Assembly: GCF_001194135.2 (NCBI RefSeq)
Contig: NC_069002.1
Location: forward strand, 23,382,741 to 23,446,740
Length of the DNA stretch: 64,000 nt
Source: Octopus bimaculoides
Lineage: Eukaryota
Direction of reading: 5' to 3'
This document shows, piece after piece, positions 1 through 12,552 of this stretch. Position 1 is the first letter of the stretch, and each line of letters starts with the position of its first letter. The notes beneath the pieces were generated by a model. That model was not told where the DNA came from, did not search any database, and saw only the letters and a program-made list of their open reading frames with translations. A program made the position numbers and the translations under genes.

Positions 1-41
<41 letters not shown>

Positions 42-376
42 CAACTTTAAATAGACCTCAAAACTGATCCGTTGAAAATACTTTATTACAACAACAACAA
101 TAATAATAATAATAATAATGAAATTGACCTATGTACATTTCGATGGACCATCCAGAATGATTAATACATATAAAATATTATAAAATATATATATATACAT
201 ACACACACACACAAAATATGGGGGTTTAGTTCGCAGGTGATCCAAACGATTAGGTATGCTTGGTGAGTGCTTTAATAGATTACTAGGGCTCCCAGGATGT
301 AACTGAGATGGTAGTTATGAAGCCATTATTTACTTATATATATATATTCATATATATATATATATATATGTATGTG

Positions 377-413
<37 letters not shown>

Positions 414-987
414 ATGCATATACACACATATATATATACATATATATATGTCTATATGCACACACACACACACANNNNNNNNNNNNNNNNNNNNNNNNNN
501 NNNNNNNNNNNNNNNNNNNNNNNNNNNNNNNNNNNNNNNNNNNNNNNNNNNNNNNNNNNNNNNNNNNNNNNNNNNNNNNNNNNNNNNNNNNNNNNNNNNN
601 NNNNNNNNNNNNNNNNNNNNNNNNNNNNNNNNNNNNNNNNNNNNNNNNNNNNNNNNNNNNNNNNNNNNNNNNNNNNNNNNNNNNNNNNNNNNNNNNNNNN
701 NNNNNNNNNNNNNNNNNNNNNNNNNNNNNNNNNNNNNNNNNNNNNNNNNNNNNNNNNNNNNNNNNNNNNNNNNNNNNNNNNNNNNNNNNNNNNNNNNNNN
801 NNNNNNNNNNNNNNNNNNNNNNNNNNNNNNNNNNNNNNNNNNNNNNNNNNNNNNNNNNNNNNNNNNNNNNNNNNNNNNNNNNNNNNNNNNNNNNNNNNNN
901 NNNNNNNNNNNNNNNNNNNNNNNNNNNNNNNNNNNNNNNNNNNNNNNNNNNNNNNNNNNNNNNNNNNNNNNNNNNNNNNNNNNNNGG

Positions 988-1165
988 GTGAAATGCTTAA
1001 CGGCATTTCGTCTGTCTTTACGTTCTAAGTTCAAATTCTGCCTTGATGGACTTTGCCTTTCATCCTTTGGAGGTTTATAAATTAAGTACCAGTTTCGTAC
1101 TGGGGTTGATCTAATCAACTGGCCTCCTCCTCAAAAATTTCTGTCCTTTTGCCTAGAGTAGAAAA
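988..1165 (+). mobile_element. Family A SINE
   Basis: Family core plus the A2 tail ...gcctagagtagaa; the head is lost in the gap. Confidence 0.85.
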
Positions 1166-2858
1166 AAAAAAAGTTAACATAGATGTATTAAAATACAGTG
1201 ATAGAGACTTTGACAATGATAAGAAAATGTTAAGAGAGGCTTTGTGTTTAAACAGTTTACATAAAAGTATTCAAAATAGGCAATAAAAAATGTTAGTAAT
1301 TGTTTATAAGTTCAAAATAAATCATAATTGCTTAGAAGCATATATACAGAATGAATTTGTAGGCAGTATTTGATAGCAGAAAGTGAGTTTTGCTTTGTCA
1401 AAAGTTCATCAGAAACCATATTTATTTATATGGATTTTTGAGGAATGATCAATGACCAACCTTTATTTCTTCATCTCACTGTCCTGTTTGTGTTACCAAT
1501 TTTGACCCTCTGCAAAATCCCAAATTTTAATTAATTTGCTTTGTGGGAGCAACTGTTCTATCGAAGCTGTATCTTGTCGTGAATTGCTCGAAATACAGAA
1601 TAGAAAAACAACTGACAACTGATGAAGGGTCATTCTTTCTGTTGCTTGTCTTGTTTTCCATTTGTTCCTTTTGTTGTTTGAAAAAAGTTCATATGCCATG
1701 TATTCGTATTTTGTATTTCATGTTTGCGTTCTGTGACATCCTGTGCCCACATATACATATGTATATACATATATATGTAAGTATGTGCATATATGTATAA
1801 AAACTTTTTAAATTCCCAAGCGTTATATTAATACATCTATTTGTTTTCTATACCACCTGTCTTCGTCTGTTGTTTTTTTTTGAATTCTCCGTATATATAT
1901 ATGCATATATATATATATTTATATTTATAAATATATATATATATATATATATATANNNNNNNNNNNNNNNNNNNNNNNNNNNNNNNNNNNNNNNNNNNNN
2001 NNNNNNNNNNNNNNNNNNNNNNNNNNNNNNNNNNNNNNNNNNNNNNNNNNNNNNNNNNNNNNNNNNNNNNNNNNNNNNNNNNNNNNNNNNNNNNNNNNNN
2101 NNNNNNNNNNNNNNNNNNNNNNNNNNNNNNNNNNNNNNNNNNNNNNNNNNNNNNNNNNNNNNNNNNNNNNNNNNNNNNNNNNNNNNNNNNNNNNNNNNNN
2201 NNNNNNNNNNNNNNNNNNNNNNNNNNNNNNNNNNNNNNNNNNNNNNNNNNNNNNNNNNNNNNNNNNNNNNNNNNNNNNNNNNNNNNNNNNNNNNNNNNNN
2301 NNNNNNNNNNNNNNNNNNNNNNNNNNNNNNNNNNNNNNNNNNNNNNNNNNNNNNNNNNNNNNNNNNNNNNNNNNNNNNNNNNNNNNNNNNNNNNNNNNNN
2401 NNNNNNNNNNNNNNNNNNNNNNNNNNNNNNNNNNNNNNNNNNNNNNNNNNNNNNNNNNNNNNNNNNNNNNNNNNNNNNNNNNNNNNNNNNNNNNNNNNNN
2501 NNNNNNNNNNNNNNNNNNNNNNNNNNNNNNNNNNNNNNNNNNNNNNNNNNNNNNNNNNNNNNNNNNNNNNNNNNNNNNATACACACACACACGCACAAAC
2601 ACTTATATATATTATTTATATTTATATATATATATATAATGTGCACTGATGAAAAAAAGATGCAGCTTACTACATAGTTTTTGCTGTATTAATTATGAAA
2701 CCAGTGGTTTGCCGTTAAGTTAAATGTTTTTAGGAGGTTAACTTTGAAAATTGCATTCCCTCGCTTTCGGTAAATACATGCTTATTTTTGGTAGTTTTTT
2801 ACTTATTTAGTCCCTCTAAGCGTGAGGCATTATTATATAGTAATGCCCTTATATAAAT

Positions 2859-2896
<38 letters not shown>

Positions 2897-2990
2897 CCTG
2901 TACACGTGTACCATCATGTACACAAGTACACACACACAGACATATTCTTAGAGATATTGATAGAATAACTGAAGATTAGAGATAATGAAG

Positions 2991-3021
<31 letters not shown>

Positions 3022-3349
3022 AGAGAGAGATTGAGAGAGAGAGTGAACAGGGACGAAAAGTAGTAAATAGAGGGAGAAAACAAATAAAATGTCCAAAGGT
3101 CGTTAAAGACTTTTCTAGATGAAAGTTATAGTTAGAATGACCACTTGTGGGAGGGAATGGCAGGATATTGAGTGTGCCTGCATGTGCGCTGATTAAAGGG
3201 TGAAGAGGAAGAGTCATAAAAGATAGGTGTGTGGATAGAGAGTATACAAACAAGGTAAGTGTGTGCATAGATTTCACAATGCATACTTAAAACCATTGGC
3301 ATACATAGATAGAGATATACAACCTTAGATAAATATACACACACACATG

Positions 3350-3393
<44 letters not shown>

Positions 3394-3662
3394 TAAGTAC
3401 TCAAACGTCTATATACATACATCTATATCTATCTATACACACACAAGGTTAGAGATAGTTATAGACACACATGGAAAAAAAGAAAGAGAATATATGCTTA
3501 TATACATAGAAACACACACGTAGACATTCAAATACCTATGCATACATACACACATGGACATAGACACACACACACACATTGTTTTTTTTTAGAAAAACAT
3601 AAATTTGGAGAAGAAACACATTCTAAGAAATAGAGCAGTCTATATTTATTATGGCCTGTTTA

Positions 3663-3722
3663 TAGGGTTACCCTGGGTTTCTCACCATAAGGGGTACGTT
3701 TAAGGCATATCTTCAGACCCTA
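3663..3722 (-). ncRNA. Type I hammerhead ribozyme motif (minimal, Penelope-like)
   Basis: Minus strand reads tagggt-CTGAAGA-[tatgccttaaacgtaccccttatggtga]-GAAA-ccc-a-ggg-TA-acccta. It has the full catalytic core, a perfect 6-bp stem I, a 4-bp stem III with a 1-nt loop, a GUA cleavage triplet and a partly decayed stem II. Confidence 0.75.
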
Positions 3723-4027
3723 AGACCTTTTGGCCTATGACCTCTTTAAAATATGGAGGGGGAAACAATAGATATATACAATGGGGATTATCTCCCTTAG
3801 GTGCTGGTCATCAGCTTGTCCTCTTATGTCATGTCATCTGTCGGCTCTGAGGGTAAAAGGTAGGAGGTTATCCCCTACTCTCATCAACAGTCAATTTCCA
3901 GTACCTAAGGGAGACCAGCACCTAAGGGAGACAATCCTCATTGTTTATCTCTGTATCATTTCTCCCTCTATATTTTAAAGAGGCCAACAGGTCTTAGGGT
4001 CTGAAGATACGCCATAAAGGTGCCCTT
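3689..4027. repeat. Long imperfect inverted repeat (arms 3689-3809 and 3913-4027), possible inverted pseudo-LTR
   Basis: The arms share perfect blocks tatcttcagaccctaagacct (21 bp), ctttaaaatat and tctcccttaggtgctggtc (19 bp), separated by a spacer of about 100 bp. Confidence 0.9.
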
Positions 4028-4429
4028 GTTGCTACTAATGCAGCTCAGAATCTACTACATTTCTAAGAACTGTATGAAGTTTGTTAGGGTCATAGCTTGT
4101 ACAGGATTGTGGTTCAGGTTTAATTTTTTAGTCTTTTTTTTATCAACTACCAAATCTAAGGCTAGAGGACAGTGTCTGTTTAGAATGGATAGATGGAGTG
4201 AGTTGACAGTTTATAGTTGTGTATGGCCATAAATATTGTCAGGATTTTAGGAAAAGTGTAAGTAATTATCTCTAAAGGAGGCTGGGTAGGGGAAGACCCT
4301 AAATCAAGATATTAATTACCAGTTAAAGGGACAAGATGCTAATAAAACCTATGCTGTTAATACAGAGGAAATTATCATGAGGTACAATGGATGATTCTAT
4401 ATAAACAATATTGTTATGTAGTATGAAGA

Positions 4430-4690
4430 TAAAATTTAAGATTACTAAAACTGATATTATAACCAGAATAGATAAATTGTATATATATACCAATTTTCAA
4501 TATTAGAAAGGGAAGACTACATAGAATTGATTTAATATTCATACCTGTACTTAATTATTTACTTATAAGGTGGTTTTCATAAAGATTGCTCTGGGTATTT
4601 ACTTATGGAATATTGGGTTGATAAATCATGCTATCTTTATATTAATTATAAATCAGGAAAAAACCCGGAAAAATATGTTGTGCACAGATA
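4430..4690 (+). mobile_element. Highly degenerate Penelope-like RT N-terminal remnant
   Basis: Frameshifted translation KTDIITRIDK...ILEREDYIELI and SGKNPEKY.VHR resembles the PLE motifs DIIITKADKG..VILN..DYIEKM and SGS.PG.LYGLPKVHK. It lies directly downstream of the hammerhead-bearing inverted repeat. Recognised by eye only. Confidence 0.35.
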
Positions 4691-6106
4691 CATATACACA
4701 TATTTAACTATGTGCACACATGCAATATACACAAATATTTGTACTTTATTATGGGTACATTATAATCACCTCTTCTAGACGTAAGTAACTAGAAAGTTTA
4801 TAATTCTCTTTAAGGACATTAAAAGCTTATAAAAGGTAAGAGGTTAATAGGTAAAGGTATCAAAATAAGAAAACACAATAATAAGAAATTATAGAGAATA
4901 GTAAGAAAATGTATATAACTTATTATATATAATACTAGCGGGTAAATTCAGATAATATGCGACACTAAAATTAATTTCCCCTATCTGGGTTCAACTGCAG
5001 CACCTATAAACGCTAATTTTGAAAACATTTAAATGTACAGGTGACCCTATGTATACATGATGCTCTTAGGTCTAATCTATTATTAAGCAGGTTGCTCTTG
5101 TCCCTATTCTTAAAAATTTCATAAGTTTCCATAGAGCACAGCTCGCACCCCACTTCTTGCTCTGTTAGAGAATTTGAGTAAAATTATATTCATGTGTCCA
5201 AGTGATTAAAAATTCTATTTATTTATGCAACTGAAGATAGACCTGCATTTAAATTGATGTAATGATTGCATTGTTCAATTAAATGGAGCTGCTTGAAATG
5301 GTCGTACTGCATCACCTCTTGATATCCTGTTGCTTATTTTGATTATATATATATATATATATATANNNNNNNNNNNNNNNNNNNNNNNNNNNNNNNNNNN
5401 NNNNNNNNNNNNNNNNNNNNNNNNNNNNNNNNNNNNNNNNNNNNNNNNNNNNNNNNNNNNNNNNNNNNNNNNNNNNNNNNNNNNNNNNNNNNNNNNNNNN
5501 NNNNNNNNNNNNNNNNNNNNNNNNNNNNNNNNNNNNNNNNNNNNNNNNNNNNNNNNNNNNNNNNNNNNNNNNNNNNNNNNNNNNNNNNNNNNNNNNNNNN
5601 NNNNNNNNNNNNNNNNNNNNNNNNNNNNNNNNNNNNNNNNNNNNNNNNNNNNNNNNNNNNNNNNNNNNNNNNNNNNNNNNNNNNNNNNNNNNNNNNNNNN
5701 NNNNNNNNNNNNNNNNNNNNNNNNNNNNNNNNNNNNNNNNNNNNNNNNNNNNNNNNNNNNNNNNNNNNNNNNNNNNNNNNNNNNNNNNNNNNNNNNNNNN
5801 NNNNNNNNNNNNNNNNNNNNNNNNNNNNNNNNNNNNNNNNNNNNNNNNNNNNNNNNNNNNNNNNNNNNNNNNNNNNNNNNNNNNNNNNNNNNNNNNNNNN
5901 NNNNNNNNNNNNNNNNNNNNNNNNNNNNNNNNNNNNNNNNNNNNNNNNNNNNNNNNNNNNNNNNNNNNNNNNNNNNNNNNNNNNNNNNNNNNNNNNNNNN
6001 NNNNNNNNNNNNNNNNNNNNNNNNNNNNNNNNNNNNNNNNNNNNNNNNNNNNNNNNNNNNNNNNNNNNNNNNNNNNNNNNNNNNNNNNNNNNNNNNNNNN
6101 NNNNNN

Positions 6107-6151
<45 letters not shown>

Positions 6152-6504
6152 TATATCTGTATGTATTCTACCTTTTTGGTTTAGCCACCTATATTATAAC
6201 ATATTTAATATATCATAATATTAATTTATTGTTATAATATCTTATTGAATGTTTATATACACTCAAACCGTTTTGAATTTTGGCGCTTGCTAATGGGAAG
6301 CAAGCTATCTCTTTAATCCGGAGTAAACTGTAGATTTTCGTGAGGAGAAACGAAACTTTATTGGTTAAATTTCGAAATCATATATAAGTATTGGGTCTTA
6401 TCAAATTACTTCATTCAACAAGTTTTATCTCGCTGGAGAAAGTTGTTGTGGCTTGCCACTGGCAGTTGCTTTGAACATCTCATGAAGTTGGTGATTTTGT
6501 GTTA

Positions 6505-7076
6505 CTATTCGAGTCATATTTCACTTGCCTCGACAGGTTTTCGCAAGCGGAGTTTAGTGTCCAATGAAGGGAAGGTACGCATAAGTGGGCTGGCTACACC
6601 CCTGGTAGAGGCCTTGGATTTAGGTCTCACTTGGCCTGCCGGGTCTTCTCATGCACAGCATATTTCCAAAGGTCTCAGTCAGAAGTCATCGCCTCGGTGA
6701 GGCCCAATGTTCGAAGGTCTTGCTTCACCACCTCATCCCAGGTCTTCTTGGGCCTACCTCTTCCACAAGTTTCCTCCACTGCTAGGGTGTGGCATTTTTT
6801 CACACAGCTATCCTCGTCCATTCTCACCACATGACCATACCAATGCAATCGTCTCTCTTGCACACCACAACTGATGCTTCTTAGGTTCAATTTTTCTCTC
6901 AAGGTACTTACACTCTGTTGAGTATGCACACTGACATTACACATCCATCGGAGCATACTGGCTTCATTCCTTGCGAGCCTACGCATGTCTTCGGCAGTCA
7001 CAGCCCATGTTTCACTGCCATGAAGCATGGCTGTTCGTACACATGCATCATACAGTCTGCCTTTTACTCTGAGCGA
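6505..7076 (-). mobile_element. RTE-clade LINE fragment (RT C-terminus and proximal 3' UTR)
   Basis: LRVKGRLYDACVRTAMLHGSETW...RRLHWYGHVVRM...GRGRPKKTW; a premature TGA at a CpG site is followed by DLWKYAVHEKTRQAK*. Confidence 0.9.
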
Positions 7077-7512
7077 GAGTATATACATATATATATATAT
7101 ATATATATACATATAGAAATATAAGTATAGATGCCCAGGCACACCCATGTAGACATACTTAACACAGACACACATACATATGTACGTACACACACATAGA
7201 TTTATACACGCACACACATACAGACACCTACATACATACGCTTACAAAAGTATGCATACATAAGTACAGAAGCGAGGGTGGGGGATAGACAAACAGACAC
7301 ACACATACACCCACATACATAGATAATAAGATAATACACAAATATATATAACATTATCTGCTAAACTATAATTTAGCAGGAGTGGCTGTGGTAAGTAGCT
7401 TGCTTCAGTCCCACTGCATGGCACCTTGGACAAGTGTTTTTTACTATAGTCACGGGCCGACCCAAAGCCTTGTGAATGAATTTAGTAGACAGAAACTGAA
7501 AGAAGCCTATCG

Positions 7513-7555
<43 letters not shown>

Positions 7556-8972
7556 ATGTATATGTTTGTGTGTCTTTGTTTATTCCCCCACTATCGCTTG
7601 ACAACTGATGTCGGTGTGTTTACGTACCCGTGACTTAGCGGTTTGGCCAAAGTGACTGATAGAATAAGTACTAGGCTTATAAAAAATAAGCCCGATTTCT
7701 TTGACAAAAGGTGGTGCTCCAGCATGGCCACTATGAAATGACTAAAACAAGTAAAAGAATAAAAGAATTATTGCTGCAGTTGTTTAGCCCTCGGCAGGCT
7801 TGAGTAAGCAGACATTTGATGAGAAAGACTCCAGCCATGTTCATAATCATTTAGGGCCTATAGGAGTAGATGGAGAGGTTCAGCCAGTTTATTTGTCCAG
7901 CACCGTGCGAGCCACAAACAGGACAGACCCGTGAATATCTAAAGGGTCACTCCTTAAAAGAAAACCTTGCAGCTATCCTGTATTTTCAGAGGAAACCCAT
8001 CCCTCCTGACCCAAACGCTGTCTTGCTGCACCTTACCATTTCTGTCAGAGGCCCTGATGGTTGTTTCATCTTTTTGGAGGCCCCAATGGCCATTCCACCT
8101 TCTCTCTGTGTCTAAATCTCAACATCAAATGCAACCCTTCTTTTTTTTAACTCCATATGTGTAAATTAAGTCTGATTTGGCTGCTGTTGTTAGTACGTTG
8201 AGTGACTGCATAGAGATTCTCTGTAAACGATAGATATGTTGTTTCCTGCAGATATTGATCTTTATTTAGTAAAGAGAGAAATCAATAATAAATGAAGCAT
8301 GCAGTGTGTAATGATCAATAGCCAATAGAATATATAATGGTTGGAAATTCTATGAAGGATGAACCCATAGAAAATAATTTCGAAGAATGTGGGAGAGTGT
8401 AAGGTGAAGTGCCTCTACATGTAGATGAAATTACAGTTCTAAAACTTCTGCTCAGAGTTCAGTTTGTATATATAATAAGATTAGCGATATAGCCATCGTA
8501 TCAGATATGGAAAACATGTTTTACTATAATGAGATGGAAATCATGTTAAGATTGTAAACACTTGCTAACAGTAATGGCGTTAACAATAATTATAGTGTTA
8601 ACTTCACTGCTCCCAGGGCTTTTTGGCTTTTTTTGTTTTTTTTTGTTATATCACATACTATGTAAATCTTTCAACATGAAAGGAACTTGCCCTAGTAGCA
8701 TGCCCTTCGCCAAAAGGGGTCAGCCATGTCACATTACATTGAAGCTGTTTGACTGAGATGCAGACTTCACCTTAGCTAAATCTGAATTTAGCTACATGAT
8801 TTTAGAAATGTTTTTACAGACAGAATGTAGACGAGATTCATACTTTTTGCATTAATGAGGGACTGATTAAACTAACGAATAAAGAATTCACTCATGTTTT
8901 CTTACCAATAACTGTGATAAAAAATAAATATATATATATGTGTGTGTGTATGTGTGTGTGTGTGTATATATA

Positions 8973-9003
<31 letters not shown>

Positions 9004-9376
9004 GTATATGTATGTATATATATATATATATATCATATTATTAATATTTTCTTGCATTGGCATACAGCCATAAATGGTGTGAATGGGGAGGTGATAAACC
9101 TGGAACATATGTAAGTAATAATAATAATAATAACAATAATATTGATGATGATGATAATCATCATCATCATCATCATCATCATCAATATTAATAATAGCAA
9201 CAACCTATTTAATATATTATATAGATAGGCAGGTGGCAGGTTGGTAGGTAGGTGGACATTTTTATTTGTTGGGAGATCTTATGAATGAAATTAAAATTAG
9301 TGAATTGGTCAAAAGAGTTAATGTTCTTAAAATGTTTTGTAGAATTTTCTTAGAATCAAAAATAAGACAGCAGATG

Positions 9377-9440
<64 letters not shown>

Positions 9441-9444
<4 letters not shown>

Positions 9445-9660
9445 TTCTACTATAAACACAAAGCCCGAAATTTGTGGGGAGAGGACTAGACTAGTTGATT
9501 ATATTGACCCCAGTGCTTCACTGGTACTTAATTTATCAACCCCGAAAGGATGAAAGGCAAAGTCGACCTCCGTGGAATTTGAACACAGAACACAGCGATG
9601 GATGAAATACCGCAAAGCATTTCGTCTGGTGTACTAACGATTCTGCCAGCTTGCAGCCTT
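9441..9660 (-). mobile_element. Family A SINE (other minus-strand copies at 10142-10365, 14940-15050, 15612-15823, 19203-19365, 37200-37405, 37705-37903, 38495-38708, 63440-63518)
   Basis: Family core on the reverse strand; most copies are bounded by AAT-rich tracts on the plus strand. Confidence 0.85.
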
Positions 9661-10553
9661 AATAATAATTATAATAATGTTTTGTGTTGGTGTAAAAGAT
9701 GGGGTACTATAAGTATTCTGTTTCATACCACAGACTTGCTTGTCATTTGTTTGGTCTTAACCAATTCCTTGGTGGCTGATGATATGTGCATCTCTGATAA
9801 TGAGCAAAAGTAGTGGGGGAACATCATAGCCATGTTGAGAGGGATTCATTGGGCTTTAAATAATTCATCCCTGGAAGCATAGGTGTTTTGTTCATCATCC
9901 TTAAACAACCCTCATTCCGGGACCTTTTGAGTGGGATGGGCTACTCAATCTGGACCCCATCTGCAAGGTAATGCATTTTTGCCTTTCTATGAGATCACCA
10001 TGTTGCACACATGGATGTGATGCATGTGCCCGGTGTACCCTTATCAGACGGGTAGTCATAATGGGTATACTGGGTTTTGTATATTTGTACCCCAATGTCA
10101 CTTTGATGGCATGCACTGCTCTGTCACTCAGTAATAATAATGATCCTTTCTACTATATGCACAAAGTTTGAAATTTTTTTTGGGGGGAGGGGCTAGTCAA
10201 TTACATCAACCTAAGTGCATGACTAGTCCTTATTTGATCGACCTCCCCCCCCCAAAAGGACGAAAGTTGACACCAGTGGAATTTGAACTCAGAACATAAG
10301 GACAGATGAAATACCTCTAAGCATTTTGCTCCTCGTGCTAACAATTCTGCCATCTCCCTACCTTCAATGATAATAATAACAAGCTTATTGTCTACAGTGC
10401 TCAGGTTCACTGCAACTTAATAGAAAGGGGTTAAAAAGCAGGGTCAGAAAGCAGAACTAAGTCAGGTAAAGAAAGACAGCAATGATATCCAAAAATATGT
10501 GCCTAGTAGACAGGATAAATCACAAGAAGAGAGAGAAGTGAACAGTAAAAGAG

Positions 10554-10592
<39 letters not shown>

Positions 10593-12332
10593 ACAAAGAT
10601 GTGAGAGGGTTGAGAGGAGTTGTGTTGGGGAATTTTGGAAAGAATGAATGAACGAAAGACAGATTGCAATATTTGTTTAGGTGCATGATTTCTAATATAG
10701 ATGATGATGCCAGAAAGCAGACTCATTAACTCCACAGCATTTTATTTGTCTTTATGCTCTGAATTCAACTTTACCTTTCATCCTTTCGGGGTCGATAAAA
10801 CAGATCGAGTTGAGCACTGGGGTTTGTGTAATCAACTTACCTCTGCCCCTGAAATTGCTGGGCTTGTGCCAAAATTTGAACCCAATATTTGTTTAGGTGT
10901 ATGGTTTCTAATATAGATGGTGATGTCAGCAGGGTGACATTTCCGATTAGCTTTCTTTTCTTTGGTCACTAAGGTAATGAATTGATTAGCCAATGGGACC
11001 AAGTGCTTGTCCACAATCACTATCATGAACCATAATGCTTTAATCTCTAGTAACTAAGTCCCCCTAGTTGTGTATACATAGACAACAGATCAATAAATAT
11101 AATTGGTTTACAATTCAGTTTCTCCATTGCGCAAATTTATACTAAAAAAATCTCCAAAAACAAATAAAGAAAACCCTATCTGTGGTAGATTGTCATTAAG
11201 TGAAGTGAAGAATTTTCTGTTATTCTGTTACCATTCCAGCACCGGAAGACAAACTTTGGATCTATGAATTCTTGTGATTTGGTAAATAATTAGATGAGCT
11301 TCACTTCTCTTTGTCTTGGAGGGAAATTTACTGTAACCTTCTTTCATTATTTTGTTTTTGCTCTTTTGCTTTCGATTTTTTTATTGACTTTATCATGAAT
11401 TGAACTTGCTTCAGTGAAGCACAGAAATGAAATAGAATTAGGAACAGCTGCACCGATTCCATTGGACTGCATAGAATAAATGTTTTTCCTGTGTTGTTGG
11501 TGTTGCTCTCTTCTTCTCCCTCTTCTTCTTCTTCGCCCTCTTCTTCTTCNNNNNNNNNNNNNNNNNNNNNNNNNNNNNNNNNNNNNNNNNNNNNNNNNNN
11601 NNNNNNNNNNNNNNNNNNNNNNNNNNNNNNNNNNNNNNNNNNNNNNNNNNNNNNNNNNNNNNNNNNNNNNNNNNNNNNNNNNNNNNNNNNNNNNNNNNNN
11701 NNNNNNNNNNNNNNNNNNNNNNNNNNNNNNNNNNNNNNNNNNNNNNNNNNNNNNNNNNNNNNNNNNNNNNNNNNNNNNNNNNNNNNNNNNNNNNNNNNNN
11801 NNNNNNNNNNNNNNNNNNNNNNNNNNNNNNNNNNNNNNNNNNNNNNNNNNNNNNNNNNNNNNNNNNNNNNNNNNNNNNNNNNNNNNNNNNNNNNNNNNNN
11901 NNNNNNNNNNNNNNNNNNNNNNNNNNNNNNNNNNNNNNNNNNNNNNNNNNNNNNNNNNNNNNNNNNNNNNNNNNNNNNNNNNNNNNNNNNNNNNNNNNNN
12001 NNNNNNNNNNNNNNNNNNNNNNNNNNNNNNNNNNNNNNNNNNNNNNNNNNNNNNNNNNNNNNNNNNNNNNNNNNNNNNNNNNNNNNNNNNNNNNNNNNNN
12101 NNNNNNNNNNNNNNNNNNNNNNNNNNNNNNNNCCTTCCTGATCAAAATCAATCAACCCCCTCACTACCCCCTTTCTATGTATAACTATCAAGACTTTCAT
12201 TATCATTTGCGTTCTTATTTCATATAGTTTTGAGCTACTCTTTCTAGCTGGCTGAGTGGCCATGTTGCTGCATGTCTTTGAGATAAGGAAGACGTTCTCT
12301 GTCGTGTCTTGCATACTATATTTAATGGTAAT

Positions 12333-12552
12333 AAGGCAACGAGCTGGCTGAATTGTTAGCACATTAGACAGAATGCTTAGCAGCATTCTGTCCATCTTTA
12401 AGTTCTGGATTCAAATTCTGACTTGGCTGATTTTGCATTTTGTCCTTTTGGGGTCGATAAAATAAGTACCAGTCAAAAACTAGGGTCAATGTAATCAACG
12501 TGCACCCCTACCCCAAAGTTTCAGGCCTTGTGCTAAAATTTTTAACCATTAT
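12333..12552 (+). mobile_element. Family A SINE (other plus-strand copies at 10714-10882, 26940-27142, 33853-34055, 51805-52010, 52055-52270, 56008-56185)
   Basis: Family core with aaggcggcgagctggc-like head where intact; most end in (ATT)n. Confidence 0.85.

Noticed and set aside
5030-5070. VYIGS peptide on the minus strand suggesting GIY-YIG
   Set aside because: No upstream GIY-like motif or downstream conserved residues, and it is opposite in strand to the putative PLE RT remnant.
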